Source: Octopus sinensis (taxonomy: Eukaryota). Taken from it: a stretch of 24,776 bases of DNA. The translations under genes and the position numbers were made by a program. Below the pieces are notes generated by a model. It saw only the letters and a list, made by a program, of their open reading frames with translations. It searched no databases and was not told the origin of the DNA. Shown in pieces: positions 1-10,219 of the stretch. Within the stretch, counting starts at the first letter, position 1. Each line of letters begins with the position of its first letter. The stretch covers positions 1 through 24,776 of the forward strand of contig NW_021836466.1 in NCBI RefSeq assembly GCF_006345805.1. Reading direction: 5' to 3'.

Positions 1-348
1 CAGAATGTAAACAACAAAAAATACGAAGTACGAAGACATGCAAACAGCAGAAGAAACAAATGGAAAGCAAGACAAACAACACAAAGAACGACCCTTCATC
101 AATTGTCGGCTGTTTTTCTAATCCGTATTTCGAGCATTTAACAACAATATACACTTTCGATAAAACAGTTGCTCCCGCAAAGTAAATTAAGTAAAATTTG
201 GGATTTTGCGGAGGGTCGAAATTGGTGACAAAAGCAAGACAGGGAAAAACATCAGGATGTGCTGCTAATCCTAAACGAGGTTATGGTGGCGAACGTGAAG
301 AGACAAGCTCGGACCGGAGACAGACAAGAAACGTCTTACTTGTCCAGC
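1..348. mobile_element. Unclassified dispersed repeat fragment, possibly a Penelope-like pseudo-LTR
   Basis: The reverse complement of 92-146 aligns with 22710-22763 (tgttgttaaatgctcgaaata...aacagccgacaattgatgaaggg vs tgtcgttgaaagctcgaaata...aacagtcaacaactgaggagggg), so it is repeated in the window. It ends in a foldback (349-520). PLE class is an inference only. Confidence 0.35.
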
Positions 349-520
349 TGCAACAGGAAGAAAGAATGAAACACAAGTTAGACAGAAGAAAGAAAAATGG
401 CCGATGGCCACGTTGGGGTCACGTGAGAAAAGGAGGAGGAGCTCACGTGGCTCCAACGTAACCATCGGCCATTTTTCTTTCTTCTGTCTAACTTGTGTTT
501 CATTCTTTCTTCCTGTTGCA
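349..520. repeat. 172-bp inverted repeat (foldback)
   Basis: 349-407 is the exact reverse complement of 462-520 (59 bp). 408-427 pairs with 442-461 at 16/20 positions (2 G:T, 2 C:A). The loop is 14 nt (428-441). Confidence 0.97.
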
Positions 521-574
521 TATATACAAACACACAAACACACATATATATATATTTTTCTTTTCTTTGTTTTA

Positions 575-615
575 TCAGTATCAGCTCAGAGCTGTGGCCA
601 TGCTGGGGCACTGCC
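575..615 (-). mobile_element. Short 3'-tail fragment related to SINE family B
   Basis: gctgtggccatgctggggcactgcc matches the gactgcggccatgctgg(a/g)gcaccgcc tail motif of family B copies. Confidence 0.5.
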
Positions 616-714
616 GTTTTGCTACACTGTTATTATTGAAAGCCTCGTGTGATATGTGGTATTTGTTTGATAAGGGAGTTTGATGTCACTACCCTTATTT
701 TCCTCTCTGGAAAA

Positions 715-1612
715 ATATTTAAAAAACTGTAGGCCTCTGAAGCCCAAGCTGTTGCAGTAACTTTTCCCGAAGAGCGACGGCATTGCTGGGATCTTTAGTA
801 ATGTGCAGTGGCGACCCGTTCTCGCATTTGTGTAGCTTTCATTGCTAAAATTTGGCACAATCCCTTCCAGGATCTTCCAAATGTATATTGGATGGAAGCA
901 CACCGTCGGTAACGACGACGAGGGTTCCGGTTGATCCGATCAACGGAACAGCCTGCTCGTAAAATTAACGTGTAAGTGGCTGAGCACTCCACAGACACGT
1001 GTACCCTTAACGTAGTTCTCGGGGATATTCAGCGTGACACAGAGAATGACAAGGCCGGCCCTTTGAAATACAGGTACAACAGAAACAGGAAGTAAGAGTG
1101 AGAGAAAGTTGTGGTGAAAGAGTACAGCAGGGATCACCACCATCCCTGCCGGAGCCTCGTGGAGCTTTAGGTGTTTCGCGCTCAATAAACACTCACAACG
1201 CCCGGTCTGGGAATCGAAACCGCGATCCTACGACTGCGAGTCCGCTGCCCTAACCACTGGGCCATTGCGCCTCCACAAATGTATATTACTGCATATCTCT
1301 CCCGCCTTCGATCCAGGGAGTAGAGACTTAGCTGCTTCAGCTGAACTGTTGCAATGAGACGATCATTTTTGTGAAGCTACACTGGATTGCTTCAAGGTCC
1401 CCTGTTAATTTTACACTGTGGGGTGACCGTAGCCGGGAGCAGTAGTTCAGGTAGCTGAGGACGAATGTCCTCCAGAGGACCATAGTGATTTTCTTCTGTC
1501 TTGTTCTGAAGGTTCTCAGGATCCAGCCAGCCGTCTGCACTTTGTCCATATCTTGGTAATGAGCACTTGAAAAGAGTAGGTTAATATCCAGGTCCTGCAC
1601 TGATCTAGATTC
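715..1612 (-). pseudogene. Decayed CR1/L2-type LINE ORF2 fragment (C-terminal to RT), split by a SINE
   Basis: The minus strand reads AGWILRTF...LWRTFVLSYLNYCS...LEAIQCSFTK, then LKQLSLYSLDRRRERYAVIYI | WKILEGIVPNF...RTGRHC...CNSLGFRG once SINE 890-1276 is removed. This is typical of CR1/L2-group ORF2 C-termini. It contains frameshifts. Confidence 0.8.
890..1276 (-). mobile_element. tRNA-derived SINE family A, full length
   Basis: Head GTGGAGGCGCAATGGCCCAGTGG (A box) and GGTTTCGATTCC (B box); ends GCTTCCATCC. 11-bp TSD aaatgtatatt at 879-889 and 1277-1287. Confidence 0.93.
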
Positions 1613-1815
1613 TGTCATCCTCACTGTATGTGGCCGAGCATTATCCTGATGGTAGAACACCTTTCGTTTCGAAACCGAAAAATGGTTGTTTTTCTACTAG
1701 CGCTGACTTGAATGACTGGTTGAATGACCAAATTCAAGCTTCTCTGCTAATTCCTCAACAGTTACGATGAGATTTTGTTCCGCCAGGGTTTACAGGACGT
1801 CCTTCTCGAGCTCAA
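1613..1815 (-). mobile_element. Internally deleted mariner transposase remnant
   Basis: The minus strand gives an HTH-like EQNLIVTVEELAEKLEFGHST (about 1715-1785) and catalytic FYHQDNARPHT (about 1625-1660), with the sequence between them missing. Confidence 0.65.
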
Positions 1816-1928
1816 GCGATGCTCAAGGGGGAGGGTCGTCTTCTAGGCTGTAGTTTCCAATTTGGAGTTTCTAGAACCACTGTTGACATTGAGTTATGCT
1901 TATTGTCCGATCACCATATACTGCATTA

Positions 1929-2317
1929 GTGGAGGCGCAATGGCCCAGTGGTTAGGGCAGCGGACTCGCGGTCATAGGATCGCGGTTTCGATTCCCAGAC
2001 CGGGCGTTGTGAGTGTTTATTGAGCGAAAACACCTCAAAGCTCCACGAGGCGCCGACAGGGGATGCCGGTGATCCCTGCTGTACTCTTTCACCACAACTT
2101 TCTCTCACTCTTACTTCCTGTTTCTGTTGTACCTGTATTTCAAAGGGCCGGCCTTGTCACTCTCTGTGTCACGCTGAATCTCCCTGAGAACTACGTTAAG
2201 GGTACACGTGTCTGTGGAGTGCTCAGCCACTTACACGTTAATTTCACGAGCAGGCTGTTCCGTTGATTCGGATCAACCGGAACCCTCATCGTCGTTACCG
2301 ACGGAGTGCTTCCATCC
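1929..2317 (+). mobile_element. SINE family A, full length
   Basis: Same head, body and TCCATCC end as the other copies. 11-bp TSD atactgcatta at 1918-1928 and 2318-2328. Confidence 0.93.
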
Positions 2318-2580
2318 ATACTGCATTAATATTCCTCTCACTTCTCGTTGCCTTGTTGCTTTTATTGAACACATAAAGCAAAATATACAGAATATGCTCC
2401 TTTGTCGTTTCTATTACAACTTTGAAAAAAATAACTGTTAAAATCGAACTGAACTCTTCAAAATGTGCACTAAGAATAAGGACAGGGTAAAAATACTACC
2501 TGCCTTTATAGTAAGTTAATGCAAGTAGTTTATCTCGTCCCTCTCCAACCTTTAGTTCATGCGGTTGAAAAAACTGCATT

Positions 2581-2600
2581 ATTTATGGGATGACTAAATA
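2581..2600 (-). mobile_element. Mariner TIR-like end
   Basis: atttatgggatgactaaata resembles the mariner terminus aacttatgggatgacctgata at 8021-8041. It may be the left end of the 1613-1815 relic. Confidence 0.4.
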
Positions 2601-2689
2601 CATACATACATAAATACTTACATAATACATACATACATACACACATACAAACATACACACATACATACTTACATAATACATACATACAT

Positions 2690-2722
<33 letters not shown>

Positions 2723-2742
2723 TATATATATATATATATATA
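2597..2742. repeat. Compound microsatellite (TACA)n-(GACA)n-(TA)n
   Basis: Directly visible. Confidence 0.95.
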
Positions 2743-3862
2743 TAAACGGCAGTTTGTCTGTCTGCGTGTCTGTGTGTCTGTTAGGTTGTACCCTCACCCT
2801 GACCACGGCTTTCAACCGATTCTGATGAAACTTGACACACACATAGCCCAATGTCATAATTCAAAACTAACGCGCGAAAATTTTGAAAAGTTCCCCAAGT
2901 TCTGAAAAAAATCGATAAATTCGACATGGGGTCGAGAATCTAAGCTTTTTATATGCAACACATTTTCTGTTGTAGTTTTTGCAACTTACAATTGATTTTC
3001 ACCAAACTCATGGTGAAACTTAATGTTACCCTAAGAAACTTAATTCTGACGTTAGTTTTCCATGCAATACCTTACCATCAGAAAAAATCGGGTTCAAATT
3101 CAAGATGACATATTTTCGACAATATCTTTCACAAATTGGCAGGAATTTGTTTTTAAATTCACAGCGAGCATCATGTCTGTTTCAAGGAGCTATATGGCCC
3201 TTTTTATTCCAATAGGATACTTTATTACTGGAAAAAATCGGTTAATTAAATCATATGTGGCACACATAGCAAACCGATTTGTGTATTAAACACAAACCAC
3301 AGACTGTCTAGGGGACGCAACTCGACCTTTTTAACTCTCGGAACACGTGGGGTAAGTATCCCAAAAGTATAAAAATGTACAAAAACGCCAAAAAAAAGCG
3401 GGCAGCAATGTGAGTGACAACAACGAAAAAGTCAAAAGTGACCAAACTGAACAAACGAATGGAAAATGTTTTTTGGTGCACACGACAAAAGCGGTTTATA
3501 ATAAACCAAGAGTTTGCAAGAGTAGCGTCGAGGACCCTTGGGGTACGTCAAAAATTAAGGTTAAACGTTTTGGGGTGGTAGTTATAAAGAAAGTGTAAAC
3601 AAAAAAAGTATTCGAATAACTTGCGGCTGCAGCAGCTATTAGCAGAAGTGTTGGGGGTAAAGTCTCGAATGTAATTTCTTCCTGGTAGAAATTGGTTGGG
3701 TTGAATTATCGATAGCTGTTTGATAGTTATTTGGGAGTGAAGAGAAGACATTGCAACCTACACATGAGCCTTCGTTCCCTAAAGAGAAAGGACTAGATTG
3801 AGATTAGTCGTTGCCTGCTAGGGGCTCTTATATACCCGGGCAACGCCGGGCTATGCTGCTAG
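2743..3862 (+). mobile_element. Non-autonomous Helitron (N1-type 5' part) with extra internal sequence and a different 3' region
   Basis: 2743-2940 and 3288-3341 align with the Helitron at 14200-14581. It ends cccgggcaacgccggg...ctgCTAG|T. The 5' TC is lost in a (TA)n run. Confidence 0.75.
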
Positions 3863-3871
3863 TATATATAT

Positions 3872-4183
3872 AGAAGTAGGTGTGTAGTAAGAAGTTTGCT
3901 TCCGAAGTATATGTTTACGGTTGCAGTTCCGTTGCGTGGCACCTTGGGCAAGTGTCTTCATTATATCCTCGGGCCGACCAAAGCCTTGTGAGTGGATTTG
4001 GTAGATGAAAACTGAAAGACGCCAGTCGTGTATATTATATATATAGATATATATATATATATCTATATATATTATGTATGTATATATATATATATACATT
4101 ATATTATATATATATACGTATATATATACAACACATACATATATATATATATATATATATTATATATTAATTATTTATGTATG

Positions 4184-4215
<32 letters not shown>

Positions 4216-4227
4216 CGTATATTATAT

Positions 4228-4281
<54 letters not shown>

Positions 4282-4577
4282 GTGTGTGTGTGTCCGTCTA
4301 TCTTTGTCCCCAACCCTCCACCGCTTGAAACGTAAACTAGCGGTTCAGCAGAAGAAATCGATAGAATAAGTACCAGGCTTTAAAAAAATACTACTGGGGT
4401 CGATGCATTCGACTATAAACTCTTCAAGGTGGTGCCCCCATCACCGCTTGATAACCGATGTTGATGTGTTTATGTCCCCGTAACTTAGCAGTTTGCGAAA
4501 ACAGACCGATAGAATAAGTATTAAGCTTACAAAGAATCAGTCCGCAGTCAGATGACTGAAACAAATAAAAGAAAGAT
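3872..4577 (+). mobile_element. SINE family B, diverged/composite, with expanded internal (TA/CA)n
   Basis: Core ccttgggcaagtgtctt...gccttgtgagtggatttggtaga, an internal microsatellite at about 4030-4290, two partial 3' halves, and tail gactgaaacaaataaaag. Confidence 0.8.
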
Positions 4578-4589
4578 ACATGGATGTAT

Positions 4590-5002
4590 GATTGTGGCTG
4601 TGTGGTAAGTAGCTTGTTTCCGGGTTCAGTCCCACTGCATGGCACCTTGGGCAAGTGTCTTCTATTATAGCCTCGGTCCGACCAAAGCCTTGTGAGTGGA
4701 TTTGGTAGACGGAAACTGAAAGAAGCCCATCGTATATATGTTTATATATGGGTGTGTGTGTGTGTGTGTATATGTTTGTGTGTCTGTGTTTGTCCCCCAC
4801 CATCGCAAACTCCCCACCATCGGTTGTCAAGCGATGTTGGGGCGTTTGCGTCCCCGTAACTTAGCAGTTGGAAAAAAGATCTATAGAATAAGTACAGCGC
4901 TTACAAAGAATCAGTCCCTGGGTCGATTTGTTCGACTAAAGGTGGTGCTCCAGCATGGCCGCAGTCAAATGACTGAAACAAGTGAAGAATAAAAGAATAA
5001 AA
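4590..5002 (+). mobile_element. SINE family B
   Basis: A box TGGCTGTGTGG, B box GGTTCAGTCCC, core, internal (TG)n, and tail gactgaaacaagt(gaagaataaaa)n. Confidence 0.9.
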
Positions 5003-5296
5003 GTATAAACGAATACCACTGAATATGCAGAATAGGAGAGGCAGAGGCTGGCCTCTGAGCTTAATAACTTCCAGATCTTGCAGTCATATATTTTTCAGGT
5101 GATGTTTCCATAAACCTATCAAATATTGATATCCGACGGAATATCTTAAATGTCAAACCCAAGATGAAACCACGAAAGGATATTTCATCAGTCACATTAT
5201 AATACGTTATAGAAATTTGATAATATAACTTGCATACCAGGCGTTAAGCTGACAGATACGTTAATACGACGGCCGAGGTGCTTAGCGGTATCTCGT

Positions 5297-6263
5297 CGCG
5301 AGCTGGCAGAAACGTAAGCACGTCGGGCGAAATGCTTAGCGGTATTTCGTTTGCCGCTACGTTCTAAGTTCAAATTCCGCCGAGGTCGACTTTGCCTTTC
5401 ATCCTTTCATGGTTGATTAAATAAGTACTAGTTACACGTACTAGTTGTGGAGGCGCAATGGCCCAGTGGTTAGGGCAGCGGACTCGCGGTCATAGGATCG
5501 CGGTTTCCATTCCCAGACCGGGCGTTGTGAGTGTTTATTGAGCGAAAACACCTAAAAGCTCCACGAGGCTCCGGTAGGGGATGGTGGTGATCCCTGCTGT
5601 ACTCTTTCACCACAACTTTCTCTCACTCTTACTTCCTGTTTCTGTTGTACCTGTATTTCAAAGGGCCGGCCTTGTCACTCTCTGTGTCACGCTGAATATC
5701 CCCGAGAACAACGTTAAGGGTACACGTGTCTGTGGAGTGCTCAGCCACTTACACGTTAATTTCACGAGCAGGCTGTTCCGTTGATTCGGATCAACCGGAA
5801 CCCTCATGGTCGTAACCGACGGAGTGCTTCCTCCCACTAGTTACACACTGAATTCGATATAATCGACTTAATCCATTTGTCTGTCCTTGTTTGTCCCCTC
5901 TATGTTTAGCTCCTTGTAGGTAGTAAAGAAATAGGTATTTCGTCTACCGTTACGTTCTGAGTTCAAATTCACTTTGCCTTTCATCCTTTCGGGGTCGATT
6001 AAATAAGTACCAGTTACGCACTGGGGTCGATATAATCGACTTAATCCGTTTGTCTGTCCTTGCTCGTTCCCTCTGTATTTAGCCCCTCGTGGGTAGTAAA
6101 GAAATAGGTATTTTGTCTGCCGCTACGTTCTGAGTTCAAATTCCACCGATGTCGGCTTTACCTTTCATCCTTTCGGGGTCGATAAATTAAGAACTAGTTG
6201 AACACTGGGACTATACCCCCCCCCCAATTTCAGGCCTTGTGTTCATAGTAGAAAGGGTTATTA
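5297..6263 (+). mobile_element. SINE family C trimer (Nin/Deu-like core), interrupted by SINE A
   Basis: Head gagctggcagaaacg and B box GAGTTCAAATTCC. Core gcctttcatcctttcggggtcgat...agtaccag resembles the Nin/Deu SINE domain (recalled, not searched). Units restart at 5934 and 6107. A further head fragment lies at about 6274-6335. Confidence 0.85.
5447..5835 (+). mobile_element. SINE family A inserted into SINE C
   Basis: Full head and body. TSD actagttacac at 5427-5437 and 5836-5846, with 9 extra nt at the 5' junction. Confidence 0.92.
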
Positions 6264-6343
6264 CTTGCATATAAGGCGGTGAACTGACAGAAACGTTAGC
6301 ACGCCGGGCAAAATACTTAGCGACATTTCGTCCGTCAACTTAA

Positions 6344-6479
6344 TTCTTAATACTGACGTCAGTCTCGGCAATCTCCAGTGCCTCATCGGTTAAACCCGCT
6401 TGATTTTTTCGGCTCGAAAAGAGACAAGCAATGGAGATGAGGCCACAGAAATTGCTGAAACTGAAATCAGTATTAAGAA
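6344..6479. other. Inverted pair of degenerate hammerhead-like motifs
   Basis: The reverse complement of 6344-6387 matches 6436-6479 at 35/44. Each reads GATGA-GGC..GC(C/T)-GA(A/G)A-CTGA..TCAG-TA-TTAAGAA. Confidence 0.55.
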
Positions 6480-6596
6480 CTCTCGATCGGTACTTTTCGG
6501 ATAATGATGGTTCTTGTAAGTATATGTTTTCATTCATGTGTGTTAACTACAGCAGTAGAGCGGTTTAGTAAGAGAGAGAGAGAGAGAGAGGAAGAT

Positions 6597-6614
6597 TGAT
6601 AGATAGATAGATAA

Positions 6615-6689
<75 letters not shown>
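6597..6689. repeat. (GATA)n microsatellite
   Basis: Directly visible; a second (GATA)n tract lies at 7231-7268. Confidence 0.97.
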
Positions 6690-6690
<1 letters not shown>

Positions 6691-7230
6691 GTTTCTTTAT
6701 TGGCCACACAGCGCTGCACACAGATGGGACAAGTTACAAGGTAGAGCTTTTCTTTTGGGGGATGAAAAAAAACAAAAAACAAAAGAAACAAAAAAAGGGG
6801 TGGCGTAGGTTTTCGATCAAGAGGGATCGTAAAAGGGAAGAAAAGAACAAATAAAAAATAAATAAAAAAATAAAAATAAAAAAAAAGAAGAAAAGGAAAA
6901 GGAACAAAAGAAAAGAGAAATGAAAAAAGAAAAAAGGGGAAGAGGAAAAAAAACGATAAATAGGGATCGTGTATCACAGTGTTATGATATATGGTGTAAA
7001 GGGGAAAGCAAGTAAGGTTTATCCGTGGGAAGAAAAGCCTACGAAAAAGACCACGGTAACCTTGGTCAATATTGTTATATGTTACCACATTTGTTGGCAA
7101 GTGGGTAACCCTCTGTTTTCAATTTCTGGGTACATAGGATTATGCTCAAGGTGGCTTCGTCATTCATACGTGCCATCCTTGCTACATTCACCCATCTTTT
7201 TTTAAAACATTCGCTAGACAAAACTTGCCT
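6690..7230 (-). mobile_element. 5'-truncated L1/Tx1-like LINE: ORF2 C-terminus plus 3' UTR
   Basis: Peptide RQVLSSECFKKRWVNVARM (an F..RW motif like L1/Tx1 ORF2 ends), T-rich 3' UTR, end CAATAAAGAAACT, flanked on both sides by (TATC)n. The clade assignment is an inference. Confidence 0.65.
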
Positions 7231-7268
<38 letters not shown>

Positions 7269-7761
7269 CTATGTATTTAATGCATTTATGTATGTACATC
7301 TACCGTAGTGCACTGACATTGTTGATCACGCTTTGATTTGGGCCATCGGATAATTTTAAGCCCGTTAAAATAATTTTCTTATAAACATACTTGTTAATAG
7401 TTTTTACTCTCTCCTCTAGCATGGAGTAGTTATCTGGGTATAATCAATTCTGCTATCGATTACGGGTCAAGCGTTATTTGGCTCTCATTTCATTCGCCTT
7501 GGTAGAAGAATACTTCAACTTCGGCCTAGCCTCAACAGAATGTCTCTCATTATCTATGTATATGTTGAAGTTACTTTCTTTCAAAAGATACACATTTGTT
7601 GGTTTGCATGCATTATAATATAAATTATTTCTTTGATAAATATTAATATTTATGCATCTCGTTCACAGCATTTCTGCAGCATAAATTATCGGGTGCAGAC
7701 GTAACGATGTAGGTTAGAAATTTGCTTTATGTGTTGGATCAGTTCCGCTACACGACACCTT

Positions 7762-8039
7762 GAGTAAATGTCTTCGAGTCGCTTCGGCTGCAGAGTTTCC
7801 TTTTTTTGTACTCATAAAACATTATGTGCCTCAAATGCTCTTTGGATACTTCCATGTTAGAAAGGGTTTTAATCAAAGAAATTTTAATTCTATTATTCTG
7901 TAAAATAATATTTAATTAGTTTATATGCACACAAATGCATTAAAATAATTTTTAATTCCATTAGACATTCTAAAATACTATTAAATTTCATTCAATTTTA
8001 AAAAAGGTAAAATCGGACAGAACTTATGGGATGACCTGA
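7762..8039 (-). mobile_element. Mariner left end (TIR, 5' UTR, first codons)
   Basis: The reverse complement TCAGGTCATCCCATAAG...MEVSKEHLRHIM matches the element starting at 11077, but lacks its 299-bp insertion. Confidence 0.9.
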
Positions 8040-8053
8040 TAGATAGATAGATA

Positions 8054-8367
8054 TGTTTCTTTATTAGGCACACAGGGTTGCACACAGACAGAACAAATTA
8101 CAAGGTAGAGCTTTTCTTTTGGGGGTAAAAAAAAGGGGGTTGGTTTTCGATCAAACGGGATCGTAAAAGGAAAGAAAGAGGACAAAAAAGGGGAGGATTT
8201 AAAAAAAGGGGGGGGGAGGGAAAAAAAGAAAAGGGGAGAGGAAAAAAAAAGTTGATCAATAGGGATCGTAATCACAGAAATGTCAATATGAAGTGTAAAG
8301 GGGAGGACAGGTGAGGTTTACCCGTGGAAGGAAAAGCCTACGGAAAAGACCACGGTAACCTCGGTCA
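8054..8367 (-). mobile_element. Tx1-like LINE 3' UTR
   Basis: Homologous to 6690-7110; ends TAATAAAGAAACA. Exact 16-bp TSD gatagatagatagata at 8038-8053 and 8368-8383. Confidence 0.85.
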
Positions 8368-8383
8368 GATAGATAGATAGATA

Positions 8384-8725
8384 TTACTTGTTTCAGTCAT
8401 TTGACTGCGGCCATGCTGGGGCACAGCTTTCAAAGGTCTTATTCGACCTATACGTGTTGCTTTAATGGCAGAAATTGAAAGCCTTTTGTATAGACATGTG
8501 CATGTGTGTATGTGTGTGTCTTTGTTTTTGTGTTGTGTTCCTCTCTCCATCGACCACCGCTTGACAACCGGCGTTAGCTTATTTACGTCCCCGTATATTA
8601 ACAGCTTGGCAAAAAAAGAGACCGATGGAATACGTAACACGCTTGAAAAACAAAATAAACATAAGTACTGGGCGTCGAAGTGTTCAACTAAACTCTTCAA
8701 TACAGTGCCCCAGCACGGCCGCACA
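8384..8725. mobile_element. SINE family B 3' fragments in opposite orientations
   Basis: A minus-strand tail at 8384-8435 and a plus-strand 3' half at about 8500-8722. Confidence 0.7.
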
Positions 8726-8798
8726 ATTGCGTTACTATGTTCATTTTCATAAACACAATTACCGACACATTGCCTTGATGTATCTGATTAATATTTAG

Positions 8799-8830
<32 letters not shown>

Positions 8831-8831
<1 letters not shown>

Positions 8832-9602
8832 TAATAATAGGGTGAGAGAATAGATACTAATTTAATAGTATATCCATTCAACACCAAGTAAAATACATTT
8901 AATTCATAATAGCGAAACAATTGTCCCAAAATAATCTGTATTTTGTTAGTTTTATTTGCCCTGTCCGTGTGAGCTAACAATCGTACTGACTTTCATGGGA
9001 AACATGTATTTTAGTGGTTGAAACCTTTGGGATTAACTGGTGCTGAGTGAGCCATATAGTGACCACTCTCTTATATTTATTTTGTAAAAATATATAATAT
9101 ATTATAAAATATTATAATAATCCAGGTTTCTCGGAGCACTAGGCCACTGGTGTTGATGGATATACTATTAATTAGTATCTAATTCTCTCACCTTATTAAT
9201 TAATTAATTATGCTGCATTTATTTCTAAATGCTGTATTTGTTTTTCCGTGAAAGTTTGGCGCGCTGTTAGTTGGGGCATTTGAATTATAACGTCGGATGT
9301 AATCAATGAACCACACGCGTATTTATCGTTATGGTAAAATCTGGCGTGTGATTGAGGGGATTTCATCCAGATAGTTTTGGCCGCCGATGAGCTACAAGTG
9401 GATTTTTTTGTAAGTAAAATTACATTTAATCATTAATAGCGAAACAATTGTCCCAAAATAATCTGTATTTTGTTATTTTTTATTTTGCCATGTCCGTGTG
9501 AGCTAACAATGTACTGACTTTCATGGGAAACATGTATTTTTAGTGGTTGAAACCTTTTGGATTAACTGGTGCTAGAGTGAGCCATATAGTGACCACTCTC
9601 TA

Positions 9603-9610
<8 letters not shown>
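8831..9610. repeat. Combined inverted and direct local repeats
   Basis: 8831-8886 is inverted at 9148-9199. 8887-9078 is repeated directly at about 9412-9610, differing mostly by 1-bp indels. Confidence 0.85.
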
Positions 9611-9637
<27 letters not shown>

Positions 9638-9639
<2 letters not shown>

Positions 9640-10055
9640 CTCTTTACTCTTTACTCTTTTACTTGTTTCAGTCATTTGACTGCGGCCATGCTGGAGCACC
9701 GCCTTTAGTCGAGCAAATCGACCCCGGGACTTATTCTTTGTAAGCCCAGTACTTATTCTATCGGTCTCTTTTGCCGAACCGCTAAGTAACGGGGACGTAA
9801 ACACACCAGCATCGGTTGTCAAGCAATGCTAGGGGGACAAACACAGACACACAAACACACTCATGCATATATATATATATATATACATATATACGATGGG
9901 CTTCTTTCGGTTTCCATCTACCAAATCCACTCACAAGGCTTTGGTGGGCCCGAGGCTATAGTAGAAGACACTTGCCCACGGTGCCACGCAGTGGGACTGA
10001 ACCCGGAACCATGCGGTTGGTAAACAAGCTACTTACCACACAGGCACTCCTGCGC
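9638..10055 (-). mobile_element. SINE family B, full length
   Basis: Head (G)GCGCAGGAGTG, B box, core, internal TA/CA, and (AAAAGAGT)n tail. Confidence 0.92.
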
Positions 10056-10219
10056 TATAAATATATATATATATATAATAGCAATTTAATAAATAAAACA
10101 TAGGCATACATACAAAGATGTACATACATATATGTACATACCTACATCTATATGTATATATACATGCATATATGGGTACAGGACACCACAAAAAAACGTA
10201 GAACACATCGATATATATA

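Noticed and set aside
1929-2005. SINE heads as tRNA genes
   Set aside because: A and B boxes are present, but the heads run into SINE bodies with TSDs and I could not fold a full cloverleaf.
2822-2832. CTGATGAAAC in Helitron N1 (also near 14291 and 14669) as a hammerhead core
   Set aside because: There is no stem II between CTGATGA and GAAA; it is part of the aaccgattctgatgaaactt Helitron motif.
5163-5192. gatgaaa/tttcatc hairpin with an antisense CTGATGA
   Set aside because: There is no correctly placed GAAA, stem III or cleavage triplet.
5099-5202. Plus-strand terminal exon after tttttcAG (DVSINLSNIDIRR...)
   Set aside because: Only 34 codons, no recognisable homology and no linked upstream exon.
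5297-6263. Regularly spaced ~175-bp units as a CRISPR-like array
   Set aside because: These are whole SINE units with no unique spacers, in eukaryotic DNA with no cas genes.
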